From Meiothermus sp. (GTDB lineage: Bacteria > Deinococcota > Deinococci > Deinococcales > Thermaceae): a stretch of 64,000 bases of DNA. The notes under the pieces were generated by a model. That model was not told the origin of the DNA and did no database searches. It saw only the letters and a program-made list of their open reading frames with translations. The position numbers and the translations under genes were made by a program. Below are positions 1-10,128 of this stretch, in pieces (position 1 is the stretch's first letter; each line of letters opens with the position of its first letter). Where the stretch lies: NCBI GenBank assembly GCA_033762915.1, contig JANRLD010000031.1, positions 15,442-79,441 on the forward strand, written 5' to 3'.

Positions 1-166
1 ACCAGCGCATAGACCACCCAGGGGCGGCGGTGCGAGCGGTTGATGTCATGCAGGGGGAACACGCCCCTAGCATACGGGCCACGGGCGGCGCCTGGGTAGG
101 CCCACCTCACCCTGCAGCGCTCGAGGCCAGGTTGGGGTTGGCGGCTGTTGGGCATAGACTGAGGCC

Positions 167-1150
167 ATGGAATACCGTGAACTCGGACGCACCGGCTACA
201 AGGTCTCGACCGTCTCCTTCGGGGCTTGGGCCATCGGGGGCACCTGGGGGCCGGTGGACGACGCCGACTCGATGGCCGCCCTCCACCGCTCGCTCGACCT
301 GGGCGTGAACTTCATCGACACCGCCGACGTGTACGGCGATGGGCGCAGCGAGCGCCTGATCGCGCGGCTGCGAAGGGAGCGCGGCGAGCCCTTTTACGTG
401 GCCACCAAAGCTGGGCGCAGGCTGCCTAGGCAGGTAGCCGAGGGCTACACCCGCGAGAACCTTCACGCCTGGGTGGGGCGCAGTTTGCAGAACCTCGAGG
501 CCGAGACCCTCGACCTGCTGCAGTTGCACTGCCCGCCCCGCGACGTGTACCTCTCCGACCGGGTGTTCGGCATCCTCGAGGAGATGAAACGCCTGGGGAT
601 GATCCGCCACTACGGCATCAGCGTCGAGACGGTCGAGGAGGCGCTCCTGGGCACCCAGTACGAGGGCGTGCAGAGCGTGCAGATCATCTTCAACATGTTC
701 CGCCTCAAGCCCGCCGAGCAGTTCTTCCCCGTGGCGCGGGAGCGCAAGGTGGGGATTCTGGCTCGAGTCCCCCTGGCCAGCGGACTGCTCACCGGAAAAC
801 TCAGGCTCGACACGCCCTTCGCCAAAGACGACCACCGCGCCTTCAACCGCAACGGCGAGTCCTTCGACAAGGGTGAGACCTTCTCCGGGGTGGACTACGC
901 GACCGGGCTCGAGGCCGTCGAGGAGTTGAAGCGGCTCACCCCCGAGGGCGCCACTCTGGCCCAGTTCGCCCTGCGCTGGATCACCATGTTCCCCGAGGTC
1001 ACCTGCACCATCCCCGGCGCCAAAAACCCCCGTCAGGCCGAGGAGAACGTGCGCGCAGCAGAGCTGGGGCCGATATCCGACGAGACCATGCGGGCCGTCG
1101 ATGCGGTATACGAAAAACGCATCAAGCCGCTCGTCCACAGCTCGTGGTGA
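167..1150 (+). CDS. Aldo/keto reductase
   Basis: GxGxWxIG start, FIDTADVYG, ATK, DLLQLH, IPGAKNPRQ motifs; TAGACT 6 nt before ATG (leaderless-type). Confidence 0.93.
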   Translation: MEYRELGRTGYKVSTVSFGAWAIGGTWGPVDDADSMAALHRSLDLGVNFIDTADVYGDGRSERLIARLRRERGEPFYVATKAGRRLPRQVAEGYTRENLHAWVGRSLQNLEAETLDLLQLHCPPRDVYLSDRVFGILEEMKRLGMIRHYGISVETVEEALLGTQYEGVQSVQIIFNMFRLKPAEQFFPVARERKVGILARVPLASGLLTGKLRLDTPFAKDDHRAFNRNGESFDKGETFSGVDYATGLEAVEELKRLTPEGATLAQFALRWITMFPEVTCTIPGAKNPRQAEENVRAAELGPISDETMRAVDAVYEKRIKPLVHSSW

Positions 1151-1186
1151 AGACCCCCCGACGCTGCCGCGCCCCCGCCCACGTCA

Positions 1187-1265
1187 TAAGTTGCGCCAGG
1201 GTATTGGCATAGCTGTACCTGCGTGCCCTGGTGCAAGCACGGGTGCAACCACGGGTGCAAGCACG
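1187..1265 (+). repeat. Partial family-1 MITE end followed by a 12-bp tandem repeat x3
   Basis: TAAGTTGCGCCAGGGTA at 1187, shared with other copies; GGTGCAA(G/C)CACG x3 at 1230-1265. Confidence 0.7.
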
Positions 1266-1387
1266 GGCCTAATTGCCCACTAGCTCTCCGGGGCGACATC
1301 TCGCACTTGTCCTACGCCCTCGCCCTTACCCTCAGAGCGGCCCCCACTGGGCCCCCATAACTCCGCTACACCGTGGGGCTCTGGGGT

Positions 1388-2500
1388 CTAGCCCGGCCCG
1401 TTCCCAAGAAACTTCATAATCCCCGCCGCCATCGCCCTGGCTAAGGTCTGCCGGTACGCCTCGGTGGCGAGACGCCGCCCCTCCACGGGGTGGTTGGCGA
1501 ACCCCACCTCGACCAGGATGGCCGGGATTTGGGCGCGGCGAATCACGTAGAACGGGGCCTGCCGCACGCCCCGGTCGACCGCGCCAGTAGCCGCGACCAG
1601 GGTGGACTGGACAGTGTGGGCGAGCTGCCGCGAGAACCGCAGATTGGACTGAGCGATCAGGTCGGAGATAAAGCGCTGGGCCACGGTCTGCGACTCCCTG
1701 GTCAAGCTCTGCCCGAGGCTGCCGCCGCCATTCTCGCGGATCACTTGGGCCAGCAGGCTGTTGTCCATCAGGTCGCCGAAGTAGTAGACCTCGATGCCCT
1801 GGGCGAGGGCGAGGGCCGAGTTGACGTGAACCGAGACGAAGACGTTGCGCTGGTTGTTGGCCATGTTGGCCCGCGCCCCCAGGTCGCCGCGCTTGTCGGG
1901 CGCGAGGGCAGTGTCGCGGTCTCGAGTCAACACCACCCTGACCCCTTGGGCCTCGAGCAGCGGCTTCAGCCGCAGCACCAAGTCCAGCGCCACCTCCTTT
2001 TCGACCACGAACCCCACCGCTCCGGAGTCCGGCCCCCCGTGCCCCGCATCCAGCACCACCGTCTTCTGCACCTGCGGGCGGGCGGCGGGCTGCGCGGTGG
2101 CGGCGTTTTGGGCCGGGCCTGGGTTCTGGCGATCGCCGGGCGTCTGAGCTGTGGCCTTGGCCTTCACGTCTACGACCAGCCGCCGGCCGGCCGAGCCCGC
2201 ACCCCCAAGGAGGCTGGTCTTGACCTCGGTGCCCTGCCGCAAATTCACCACAACCACCGCGCCACCGGCGTTGGGCACCACCTGGTACGAGGCGACATGG
2301 GGCGATTCGAGCGAGGCCTCGCGGGCCTGCACCCTCTGCCCCGTCAGCCGGATGGTGAAGACGTTGCCCTCGGCGCTGGTGGCGTAGCGGGTCTGGGCCT
2401 CGAGGTCAAAAACCAGTCGGGTGTACCCCTCGTGCAGGCCGATCCGGGGAAAGGCCAGCGCGGCGGCCAGCAGCACCGCGACGAACGCAATCAGGCGCAT
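1388..2500 (-). CDS. N-acetylmuramoyl-L-alanine amidase (AMIN + Amidase_3)
   Basis: Signal peptide MRLIAFVAVLLAAALA, RLVFDL/RLVVDV AMIN motifs, VVLDAGHGG, SVHVNS, AILVEVGF. Confidence 0.92.
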   Translation of the reverse strand: MRLIAFVAVLLAAALAFPRIGLHEGYTRLVFDLEAQTRYATSAEGNVFTIRLTGQRVQAREASLESPHVASYQVVPNAGGAVVVVNLRQGTEVKTSLLGGAGSAGRRLVVDVKAKATAQTPGDRQNPGPAQNAATAQPAARPQVQKTVVLDAGHGGPDSGAVGFVVEKEVALDLVLRLKPLLEAQGVRVVLTRDRDTALAPDKRGDLGARANMANNQRNVFVSVHVNSALALAQGIEVYYFGDLMDNSLLAQVIRENGGGSLGQSLTRESQTVAQRFISDLIAQSNLRFSRQLAHTVQSTLVAATGAVDRGVRQAPFYVIRRAQIPAILVEVGFANHPVEGRRLATEAYRQTLARAMAAGIMKFLGNGPG

Positions 2501-2612
2501 CTCGGAGCCGAGTATAGCTGCCCTCGAGCCCGAAAACATTACATGAGACCGAAAATTAAGCATAGTGATGCGGGAAATTCATGTTCTGTCTGGGGCGCAC
2601 TACAATACATGG

Positions 2613-3071
2613 ATGCCGAGCACGTCCGCCGATCAGGACAATCTGTTCGCCTACGCCATCCGCGCCCTGGCGGCGCGGGCGTACTCCGAGGCCGTGCTGC
2701 GCCGTAAGCTGGCAAGTCGCGGCACCCCCGAGGAAGTCGCCGCCGTGATCCAGCGCCTCAAGGCCGGCGGCTACCTCGACGACGCGGCCTTCGCCGAGGG
2801 CTACGCCCGGCTCTACGCGGGCAGGTGGGGCGCGGCTAAGATCAAGCGGGGCCTGCTCGAGAAGGGCGTCTCCCCCGCCGTCGTCGGCAGAGTCCTCGAG
2901 CAGCTCGAGCCCGAGACCGACCCCCAGCAAGAAGCCCTGGGCCTGCTCGAGCGCTACCAGAGCCGCCACAAGGGCGACAAGGCCAGGGCCGTGCGCTTCC
3001 TGGCCGGGCGCGGCTACCGGCTGGGCGACGCGCTGGCGGCGTGGGAACGCTTCGAGCGCGGTGGGGAGTAG
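2613..3071 (+). CDS. recX: Regulatory protein RecX
   Basis: RAYSEAVLRRKL, GYLDDAAFA, GAAKIKRGLLEKGV, FLAGRGY; TACAAT 6 nt before ATG. Confidence 0.9.
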   Translation: MPSTSADQDNLFAYAIRALAARAYSEAVLRRKLASRGTPEEVAAVIQRLKAGGYLDDAAFAEGYARLYAGRWGAAKIKRGLLEKGVSPAVVGRVLEQLEPETDPQQEALGLLERYQSRHKGDKARAVRFLAGRGYRLGDALAAWERFERGGE

Positions 3072-3292
3072 AGGGTAGAGCGGAGAAGTCAGGGACGACC
3101 CCCACGGCTTGCCGGGGTTGGTGCGCTAGCCTGCCCCATCTTGCGGCCTGCCTCCCCCTGATGCCCGGCGCCCGGTGATCCAACGTGCCCGCTCAAGAAG
3201 CCCCGGCAACCCCGCAACTCCGGGGGGTGGCCTTTGACCTCGCCTTTTCTCCCCCTCTCCCCCTCGCCCCTCTCCCCTGCTAGACTCTCCTC

Positions 3293-3730
3293 ATGCCAAC
3301 CGTCCAGGCCGAACTCTTCATCCCCAAGCCGCCGCAGGTGGTCTACGCCGCCGCCAAAGACCTCGAGGGTCTCAAGCCCTACCTTAAGGACGTCGAGAGC
3401 CTAAAGATGCTCGAGGACAAGGGCCACTACTCCAAGTCGGACTGGGTGGCGGTGGCGATGGGCAAGAAGATCCACTGGGTCGAGGAAGAGGAGTGGAACG
3501 ACGCCGAACTCCGCAACCGCTTCTGGAGTTCGGAGGGCGACTTCGACAAGTACCAGGGCACCTGGGCCTTTGTGGCCGAGGGCGAGGGGACGAAGGCGCT
3601 GCTCGAGCTGGAGTACGAGCTGAACGTCCCCATCTTCGGCGGCCTGCTGCAGAAGCTGATCCTCAAGCTGATGAAGGAGAACGCCGACGGCCTGCTGGAG
3701 GGACTGAAGAACCGGGTGATGGCGGGTTAG
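3293..3730 (+). CDS. SRPBCC/START-fold cyclase/dehydrase family protein
   Basis: 145 aa, EGDFDKYQGTWAF and C-terminal helix typical of the polyketide_cyc fold. Confidence 0.8.
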   Translation: MPTVQAELFIPKPPQVVYAAAKDLEGLKPYLKDVESLKMLEDKGHYSKSDWVAVAMGKKIHWVEEEEWNDAELRNRFWSSEGDFDKYQGTWAFVAEGEGTKALLELEYELNVPIFGGLLQKLILKLMKENADGLLEGLKNRVMAG

Positions 3731-3862
3731 GTCGGTTTTTTGCAGGACTGGGAGGGCTACTGACAGCGGTTCCCGCGAATTCCCGACGCATAACGTCTGG
3801 GTAACGCCCCCTGAGGTAGGTTGTTCATCCGCCGAAGCGTGGAACTCCTCGAGGAGGCTTTT

Positions 3863-5233
3863 ATGAATCGCAGATGGTTATCCTTACCCGCACTGGGCTT
3901 AGCCTTGCTGTTGACCGCAGGCAGTTGCGGACAGCAGGTAGACGGGACCAAGGCCCCGGTTATCGTCAGTTTTACCGCCACCCCCTCCGGCATCTCGCTG
4001 CCCCAGTCGGTTAGCCTGGCCTGGGAAGTGACCGGGGCCACCGCGCTCGAGATTGACGGCGGCGTGGGCCCCATCACCCCTTTGGATAAGGGCAGCAAAT
4101 CGGTAGGGGTTTCGTCGAGCCGGGACTTCGTGCTCACCGCCAGCAACGCCCAAGGTACCGCCACCCGCACGGTACGCGTCACCGCGAGCGGCCCCGCCTT
4201 TTCGGTGGTTGAAACCGTAGCGGGCCAGACCGGGGTGCGCGGAGGGGCCGACGGCAACGGCGCTCAGGCCACCTTCAACTACCCCTACGCGGTAGCCGTC
4301 ACCAAGGCCGCAGGGGCGACCAACAACGAAGTGATCGTGTACATCGCTGCGCTCAACGAAAAGATCCGCTACGCCCAGGTGGGCTTCGCGGGCAACCCGG
4401 TGGGAACCGCTGTCGGCAACGGCTCGAGCGGCAGCGTGGACGGCGACGCCACCACCGCGCGGGTGCGTGCCCCGAGCGGCATTGCCATCGGGTACGACTC
4501 CCCCGGCTATGAAGCCTACGCCTACTGGGTGGAAGACGATAGCTGTGTGGTACGCAAACTGACCGCCTATCCGCTCAACGGCAACCGCCGGGCTGCCACC
4601 GTTGCGGGCAGTGCCTACACCTGCGGGGCCGCCGACGGGGCGGCCGGGGCGGCCCGGTTCAACCGACCTCGAGGGGTCGTGGCGAACACCCGTACGGGCG
4701 AGGTCTTTGTCGCCGACACCTCCAACTTCACAATTCGGCGCATTTACGGCGACTCGGTGGGGACCGTCGCAGGGCTGGCGGGTCAGCAGGGCAGCATCGA
4801 CGGGAGCGGGGCAGCGGCCCGGTTTCGTAGCCCTGCGGGCATCGCCCTCGACCGCCAGGAAAACCTGATCGTCGCGGACAGCGAGACCATCCGCAAGATC
4901 TCGCCCGGCGGCGTGGTCAGCACGGTGGCGGGCAAGGGCGGCGAGGCAGGCTACAAGGACGGCCCAGCCCTCGAGGCCCGCTTCAGCGGAGCGGCGGGGG
5001 TGGCGCTGGACGAGGTGGGCAACATCTATGTGGTCGAGCGGACAAACCAGACCATCCGCAAGATCACACCCGAGGGGGTGGTGAGCACGGTCGCGGGGGT
5101 CGCGGGGGTCAGGGGCGCAGCAGACGGCAGTCTGAGCGTGGCCACCTTCAACAACCCTCAGGGTCTGGCCTATTACAACAAACAGTTGTTCATCGCGGAC
5201 ACCGACAACCAAACCATCCGACGAATCCGCTGA
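3863..5233 (+). CDS. NHL-repeat (beta-propeller) lipoprotein
   Basis: Lipobox LTAGSC; Ig-like segment; repeated DG.G.AARF..P.GIA.D...VAD..N.TIRKI units; GGAGG RBS. Confidence 0.85.
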   Translation: MNRRWLSLPALGLALLLTAGSCGQQVDGTKAPVIVSFTATPSGISLPQSVSLAWEVTGATALEIDGGVGPITPLDKGSKSVGVSSSRDFVLTASNAQGTATRTVRVTASGPAFSVVETVAGQTGVRGGADGNGAQATFNYPYAVAVTKAAGATNNEVIVYIAALNEKIRYAQVGFAGNPVGTAVGNGSSGSVDGDATTARVRAPSGIAIGYDSPGYEAYAYWVEDDSCVVRKLTAYPLNGNRRAATVAGSAYTCGAADGAAGAARFNRPRGVVANTRTGEVFVADTSNFTIRRIYGDSVGTVAGLAGQQGSIDGSGAAARFRSPAGIALDRQENLIVADSETIRKISPGGVVSTVAGKGGEAGYKDGPALEARFSGAAGVALDEVGNIYVVERTNQTIRKITPEGVVSTVAGVAGVRGAADGSLSVATFNNPQGLAYYNKQLFIADTDNQTIRRIR

Positions 5234-5278
5234 CCGCAAGCAGCGGTTGTGTGCCTTTCGTGGGTGCTCCGCGTGGTG

Positions 5279-5314
5279 TATAATCCCTGTATGTTATTCG
5301 CTCCGCGATGTTAA
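5279..5314 (+). promoter_or_regulatory. TATAAT box plus putative leaderless uORF MLFAPRC upstream of cysS
   Basis: TATAAT 5279-5284, ATG 5291, TGT-TAA 5309-5314. Confidence 0.5.
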
Positions 5315-5322
5315 GAGCCCCC

Positions 5323-5370
5323 AAAACGTCGGGTAGTGGTGTGCCTCTGCGCCTCCACCCCGGCGTTTTT
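5323..5370 (+). terminator. Hairpin with U-tract in the cysS leader (possible attenuator)
   Basis: AAAACGTCGGG ... CCCGGCGTTTTT. Confidence 0.55.
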
Positions 5371-5386
5371 AGTTGGATGAGAGATG

Positions 5387-5469
5387 GGGTTTAGGAATTT
5401 AGGGTTAGGGGTTGGTCGGAGCCCTGACCCGGGAGCTAAGCCCCAGGCCCTAAGCCCCTGACCCTGACT
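5387..5469. repeat. Degenerate heptamer tandem repeats (TTAGGG-like / CCCTGAC / CCTAAGC)
   Basis: About 7-nt periodicity; G-rich half then C-rich half. Confidence 0.55.
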
Positions 5470-5482
5470 TTCCGAGGCCCCC

Positions 5483-6928
5483 ATGGATCTCCAGCTCTAC
5501 AACACCCTCAAACGCCAGAAAGAACCCTTCACCCCGTCCACCCCCGGCTACGTCGGCATCTACGTCTGCGGCCCCACCGTCTACGGCGACCCCCACCTGG
5601 GGCACGCCCGTGGCCCCATCACCTACGACGTGCTGCGGCGCTGGCTGGCCCACAACGGGCTGCGGGTGCGCTTCGTCTCCAACATCACCGACGTGGGCCA
5701 CCTCACCGACGACGCCGACGAGGGTGAGGACAAGATCGCCAAGCGGGCCAGGCTCGAGCGCTTGGAGCCGATGGAGGTGGCTGAGAAGTACACCTGGAGC
5801 TACTTCGACGAGATGGGCGCGCTGGGGGTTCAGCGGGCCGACATCGCCCCCAGGGCCAGCGGGCACATCCTGGAGCAGCTCGAGCTGACCCAGGAGCTTA
5901 TCGCCAAGGGCCACGCCTATGAGGCGAACGGCTCGGTCTACTTTGACGTGAAGAGCTGGCCCCAGTACGGCAAGCTGTCCGGGCGGCAGGTCGAAGACCA
6001 GGAGGCCGGGGCGCGGGTGGAGGTGCGCGAGGAGAAGCGCGACCCCCGCGACTTCGCCCTGTGGAAGAAGGCCGAGCCGGAGCACATCATGCGCTGGAAC
6101 TCGCCCTGGGGCCAGGGCTTCCCTGGCTGGCACATCGAGTGCAGCGCGATGAGCCTCAAGTACCTGGGCGAGGGCTTCGACATCCACGCCGGCGGCGTAG
6201 ACCTCCAGTTCCCCCACCACGAGGCCGAGATCGCCCAGGCCGAGGCAGCGGGACACCCCTTCTCGAGGTACTGGATCCACCACTACCACGTGCTCCTGAA
6301 CGGGCAGAAAATGGCCAAGAGCACCGGCGTGATGAAGCTCCTCTCCGAGCTGCGGGCCGAGACCGACCCCATCTTCGTGCGCTTCTATCTGCTCAACTCC
6401 CACTACCGCAGCGTGCTGGACTTTACCGAGGAGGGCTTGCGCGGGGCCCAGAACGGCTACAGCCGGCTGCTCAATGCCTACCGCGAGGTGCGCCGCCAGT
6501 TGCCCGGCGCCCCCGAAGGCCGGCACGCCGCACTCGAGCAGGCCCTCGACACCCTCGAGGCCGAGTTTGCCGCCGCCCTCAACGACGACCTCAACACCCC
6601 CCAGGCCATCGCAGCCTTCTTCAACCTGGTCACCGAGCTGAATAAGGCCCTCACCGACAGGGCCGGCAGGGAGAGCCTGGCCCGGGCCGAGCGGCTCTTC
6701 GACGAGCTAGGCAACGGGGTGCTGGGACTCTTCCCAGCGCGGGTGCTGGAAAATCAGCTCGGCGGGGCCCTACTGGACGGCCTGGTGCAGCTGCTGCTGG
6801 AGGTGCGCGAGCAGGAGCGCAAGAACCGCAACTTCGCGGTCTCCGACCTGATCCGCAGCCGCCTGACCGAGCTGGGGGTGGAGGTCGAGGACACCCGGGA
6901 AGGCCCCAAGTGGAAGGTGGGCGTGTAA
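5483..6928 (+). CDS. cysS: Cysteine--tRNA ligase
   Basis: [50 protein letters not shown]. Confidence 0.98.
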   Translation: MDLQLYNTLKRQKEPFTPSTPGYVGIYVCGPTVYGDPHLGHARGPITYDVLRRWLAHNGLRVRFVSNITDVGHLTDDADEGEDKIAKRARLERLEPMEVAEKYTWSYFDEMGALGVQRADIAPRASGHILEQLELTQELIAKGHAYEANGSVYFDVKSWPQYGKLSGRQVEDQEAGARVEVREEKRDPRDFALWKKAEPEHIMRWNSPWGQGFPGWHIECSAMSLKYLGEGFDIHAGGVDLQFPHHEAEIAQAEAAGHPFSRYWIHHYHVLLNGQKMAKSTGVMKLLSELRAETDPIFVRFYLLNSHYRSVLDFTEEGLRGAQNGYSRLLNAYREVRRQLPGAPEGRHAALEQALDTLEAEFAAALNDDLNTPQAIAAFFNLVTELNKALTDRAGRESLARAERLFDELGNGVLGLFPARVLENQLGGALLDGLVQLLLEVREQERKNRNFAVSDLIRSRLTELGVEVEDTREGPKWKVGV

Positions 6929-7476
6929 TGCTCGCGCACCGGCTGGATGGCGATAGCGAGCTGCGCCTGCTGCAAACCCACCAAGCCGAGGCGCTGTACG
7001 CGCTGGCCGACCGCAACCGCGCCCACCTGCGCGAGTGGCTGTCCTGGGTGGACAACGCCCAGGACGCCTCGTTTCTGCGCAACTTCATCCGGGGCCGCCT
7101 CGAGGCCCTGGCCCGAGGTCAGGGCTTCAACCTTTCAGTCTGGCACAAGGGGCAGGTGGCCGGGCTGGTTGGGCTGTACGACATCAATGGTTTCAAAGCC
7201 GAGGTGGGCTACTGGCTGGGCCGCGAGTTCGGAGGGCTGGGCCTGATGACCCGGAGCGTCGAGGCCCTGCTGGGCTACGCCTTCGGGGAACTCGAGCTGC
7301 GCCGCGTGCAGATCAAGGCCCATGTGGACAACGGGCGCAGCCGCGCCATTCCTGAGCGGCTGGGGTTCAGGCTCGAGGGCGTCCTCGTCAGTGACGACCA
7401 ATTACACGGGAAGCCCTGCGACAACGCGCTCTACGCCCTGGCCCGTCAGCAGTGGCTCGAGCTCCGCCGAAGCTGA
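6928..7476 (+). CDS. GNAT acetyltransferase (RimJ/RimL family)
   Basis: NRAHLREWL, EVGYWL, SRAIPERLGF; TAATG overlap with cysS stop. Confidence 0.9.
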   Translation: MLAHRLDGDSELRLLQTHQAEALYALADRNRAHLREWLSWVDNAQDASFLRNFIRGRLEALARGQGFNLSVWHKGQVAGLVGLYDINGFKAEVGYWLGREFGGLGLMTRSVEALLGYAFGELELRRVQIKAHVDNGRSRAIPERLGFRLEGVLVSDDQLHGKPCDNALYALARQQWLELRRS

Positions 7477-7519
7477 CGCCCTTTGGCCCTCGGGCGGCGC
7501 TTTTTTTGTAGACTCAGCC

Positions 7520-8059
7520 ATGCTCCGCTTCCCCCTCGACGAGCACGGCGAACTCCGGCTGCTGCTGCCGCAGCACGCCGAGGCGCTGTTCGACCTGACT
7601 GACCGCAACCGCGCCCACCTGCGCCGCTGGCTGCCCTGGGTGGACGGCGTGCTCGAGCCCGCCGATACCGCCACGTTCATTCAGGGTCGGTTGGATGCGC
7701 TGGCGAGGGGCACCGGCTTCGACCTGACCATCTGGCAGCGGGGGCAGATCGCCGGGACGGTGGGGCTGTTCGACCTTAACGGCTTCAAGGGCGAGATCGG
7801 CTACTGGCTAGGCCAGGGGTTCGAGGGGCAGGGGCTGATGAGCCGATCGGTAAGCGCACTGCTGGACTACGGCTTCGGAGAGTTGGGGCTGGCCCGGGTC
7901 CAGATCAAGGCCCACACCGAGAACCTCCGCAGCCGCGCCGTTCCCGAGCGGCTGGGGTTCCGGCTCGAGGGCGTCCTCAAGAACGACGCCAAGCTGCACG
8001 GCAACCTGGGGGACCACGCCCTCTATGCGATGACCAGCCTCGAGTGGGTACGCCGTTAG
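7520..8059 (+). CDS. GNAT acetyltransferase (RimJ/RimL family), tandem paralog
   Basis: NRAHLRRWLPW, EIGYWL, SRAVPERLGF; TAGACT upstream. Confidence 0.9.
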   Translation: MLRFPLDEHGELRLLLPQHAEALFDLTDRNRAHLRRWLPWVDGVLEPADTATFIQGRLDALARGTGFDLTIWQRGQIAGTVGLFDLNGFKGEIGYWLGQGFEGQGLMSRSVSALLDYGFGELGLARVQIKAHTENLRSRAVPERLGFRLEGVLKNDAKLHGNLGDHALYAMTSLEWVRR

Positions 8060-8182
8060 GCTGGTCTCGTGGGGCCAGTGCCTGGCCTTAAACCCATGCG
8101 CGGCAAAGACTCCTGGGGCTGAAGTCCGTTCCCCGGCGCGTTTTGGGGATGCGGTGTCGCGGGAATCGACTTGCGAACCGTT

Positions 8183-8339
8183 GTAGGGTCTGTATGGTTG
8201 AACTGCGACCTGCCGCCCACATGCTCCCGCAGGGAATTGCGCCTCGGGTAGCCGCGCCGCGGCTAGGGCGTACGCCACTCCGCCCCGGCAGGTGTTGGCC
8301 GTATCTGCCGATTCCGCACTTCCACCCTGGCGCAACCTG
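8183..8339 (-). mobile_element. Family-1 MITE-like element (one internal 41-bp unit)
   Basis: Matches copies at 28911 and 39106; ends CCCTGGCGCAAC. Confidence 0.7.
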
Positions 8340-8341
8340 TG

Positions 8342-8432
8342 AGAGCGGTTCGCACGCATACTTCCTACAGCGGTTTTTGCTGGAGGGAGTACATTACCTG
8401 CCGCCGCGAGGGAGGTAAGGGTGGGAAACGCA
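8342..8432 (+). repeat. Family-2 repeat (AGAGCGGTT...GGGAGTACATTACCTGCCGCCGCGAGGGAGGTAA)
   Basis: Near-identical to 20519-20610. Confidence 0.75.
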
Positions 8433-8569
8433 ATGAGTACGGGCGAAGCGGGTCGGGTCGGCGACCCCAGCGTAGTTTCAACCCCAAGGGAGCGAGCGCC
8501 AGAGCGTGCCCCGCGAAAGCCCAAACAAAAACCCCGCCGTCCGGCGGGGCTCGCTGGCTTTAGTTGGCC

Positions 8570-9265
8570 TCACTCCTCGCGCTGGCTCATCATGATGGCC
8601 GCGTAGTTGAGCAGCCAGGCCACGGTGGTGGCGAGGGCGGCCACGTAGGTCAGGGCGGCAGCGGTCAGCACACTTCTAGCCCCGCTCATCTCGGAGGGCT
8701 CGAGGAAGTTCATCTTCTTAAGGATGGTCAGGGCGCGGTTGGAGGCGTCGAACTCCACCGGCAGGGTGATGAGTTGGAACAGCGCAGCGGCGGCGAACAG
8801 CAGAATACCGATGGTCATGAAGGTGCCGCCGGCCGAGCCCATGAACAGGCCGATCATAAAGATGATGGGGCCGAGGTTCGAGCCGATGCTGGCGACCGGC
8901 AGAATGCTGGCCCTGGCCCGCAGCCAGGCGTAGGCCTTGGCGTCCTGGATGGCGTGCCCCACCTCGTGGGCGGCCACGGCGAGCGCCGCTGCCGAGGGCG
9001 AGTGGAAGTTGGGCTCGGAGAGCCGCACCGCCTTGGCCATGGGGTCGTAGTGGTCGGTCAGGGCGCCGGGCACCATCTCCACCCGCACGTTCTGAAGCCC
9101 GTAGGCGTCGAGAATCGACCTCGCCACCTGCTCTCCGGTGTAGCCCCGGCTGTTCGCCACACGGCTGTACTTGGCGTAGGTGCGCTGTAAGTAAAACTGG
9201 ATTCCGAGTGTGGCGATGAAGACCACGCCGATTAGGATGTAAGTTAGGAGCACAAAAGGATCCAT
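8570..9265 (-). CDS. Membrane zinc metallopeptidase (YugP-like)
   Basis: LTDHYDP, VAAHEVGHAIQ (HExxH), ITLPVEFDASNRA, AAALTYVA. Confidence 0.92.
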   Translation of the reverse strand: MDPFVLLTYILIGVVFIATLGIQFYLQRTYAKYSRVANSRGYTGEQVARSILDAYGLQNVRVEMVPGALTDHYDPMAKAVRLSEPNFHSPSAAALAVAAHEVGHAIQDAKAYAWLRARASILPVASIGSNLGPIIFMIGLFMGSAGGTFMTIGILLFAAAALFQLITLPVEFDASNRALTILKKMNFLEPSEMSGARSVLTAAALTYVAALATTVAWLLNYAAIMMSQREE

Positions 9266-9470
9266 GCATTCCTCCGGTTATTACTGTACCTGACGACAGT
9301 TAATATATCTGAGAGATGGGTGACTAAGCAAGTTATCTGGATGGAGTACAAAGGGACACAATTCAGCCGATGGCGCTTTGCAACAGCGTCTGGGGGCTTA
9401 ACGCACGGCCCGGTCCCGGCAGGTAAGGTGCTGAAAACCAACCAGAGGCACTTTTGGCCTCCCCCATAGA

Positions 9471-9570
9471 CAGGTTGCGCCAGGGTAGATTTGCGAGACG
9501 AGCGGAAACGTATGGCGTGCTGGAGCAAGCTCTGACTCAATTGCCTACGGGCGTCTCGGGGCCACGTTTT
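9471..9570 (+). mobile_element. Partial family-1 MITE-like element
   Basis: CAGGTTGCGCCAGGGTAGATTTGCGAGAC...AATTGCCTACGGG similar to the 63746 copy; right end not seen. Confidence 0.55.
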
Positions 9571-9592
9571 GTGGGGCCACTCAGCCTCCGGC

Positions 9593-9862
9593 CTACGCGA
9601 GGGGGCTGCTCTTGATAGTGAAGCGCACAGCGGTGCGCTCCTCCGACTCGAGTTCGAGCTTGACGAAGGCGGGCTTGACCCAGAGGTCGAGGTTGTCGGG
9701 GGCAATGTAACCCCTGGCGATGGCGATGGCCTTGACGGCCTGGTTGACCGCCTCGGGGCCGATGGCCTGGACTTCGACCTCCTGTTGGGAGCGCAGCAGC
9801 GCGGCAATCGCGCCCGCGACCGAGTTCGGGCGAGACTTGCCGGACACACGTAGGGTTTCCAC
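9593..9862 (-). CDS. spoVS: SpoVS family protein
   Basis: LRVSGKSRPNSVAGAIA, QAIGPEAVNQAVKAIAIARGY; GGAGG RBS. Confidence 0.95.
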   Translation of the reverse strand: METLRVSGKSRPNSVAGAIAALLRSQQEVEVQAIGPEAVNQAVKAIAIARGYIAPDNLDLWVKPAFVKLELESEERTAVRFTIKSSPLA

Positions 9863-10099
9863 TCTCTAGTCCTCCTGTTTAGCAGCCACGAATGCGCATG
9901 TAGTCACAAGTAGGCTAGACATCCCGCTGCCCCCGCCCTGCCGGGACGTTCATGAGTGCATTGTAGGTGGTGGGGTAAAGCAAAGTCAACAAATAACCTA
10001 CACTCTGGCCCGAAAAGTGCTATAATTCGCCGACAATCTAGGTCAGGAAAACCGGGGTCTCGAGGCCAAAACTGCGTCGGGATTGATATTTATTTGTGG

Positions 10100-10128
10100 T
10101 TGACGTAACAAAGGGCGGCCCGTATACT
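10100..10128 (+). promoter_or_regulatory. Sigma70-type promoter for gltB
   Basis: TTGACG-17bp-TATACT. Confidence 0.7.

Noticed and set aside
1230..1265. 12-bp repeats as CRISPR or iterons
   Set aside because: Too short, no spacers, no rep gene nearby.
5290..5480. T-box riboswitch before cysS
   Set aside because: No recognisable T-box consensus (AAnnnGGGTGGnACCRCG) or specifier stem.
9593..9862. spoVS/spoIID as evidence of sporulation
   Set aside because: Both families are widespread in non-sporulating bacteria.
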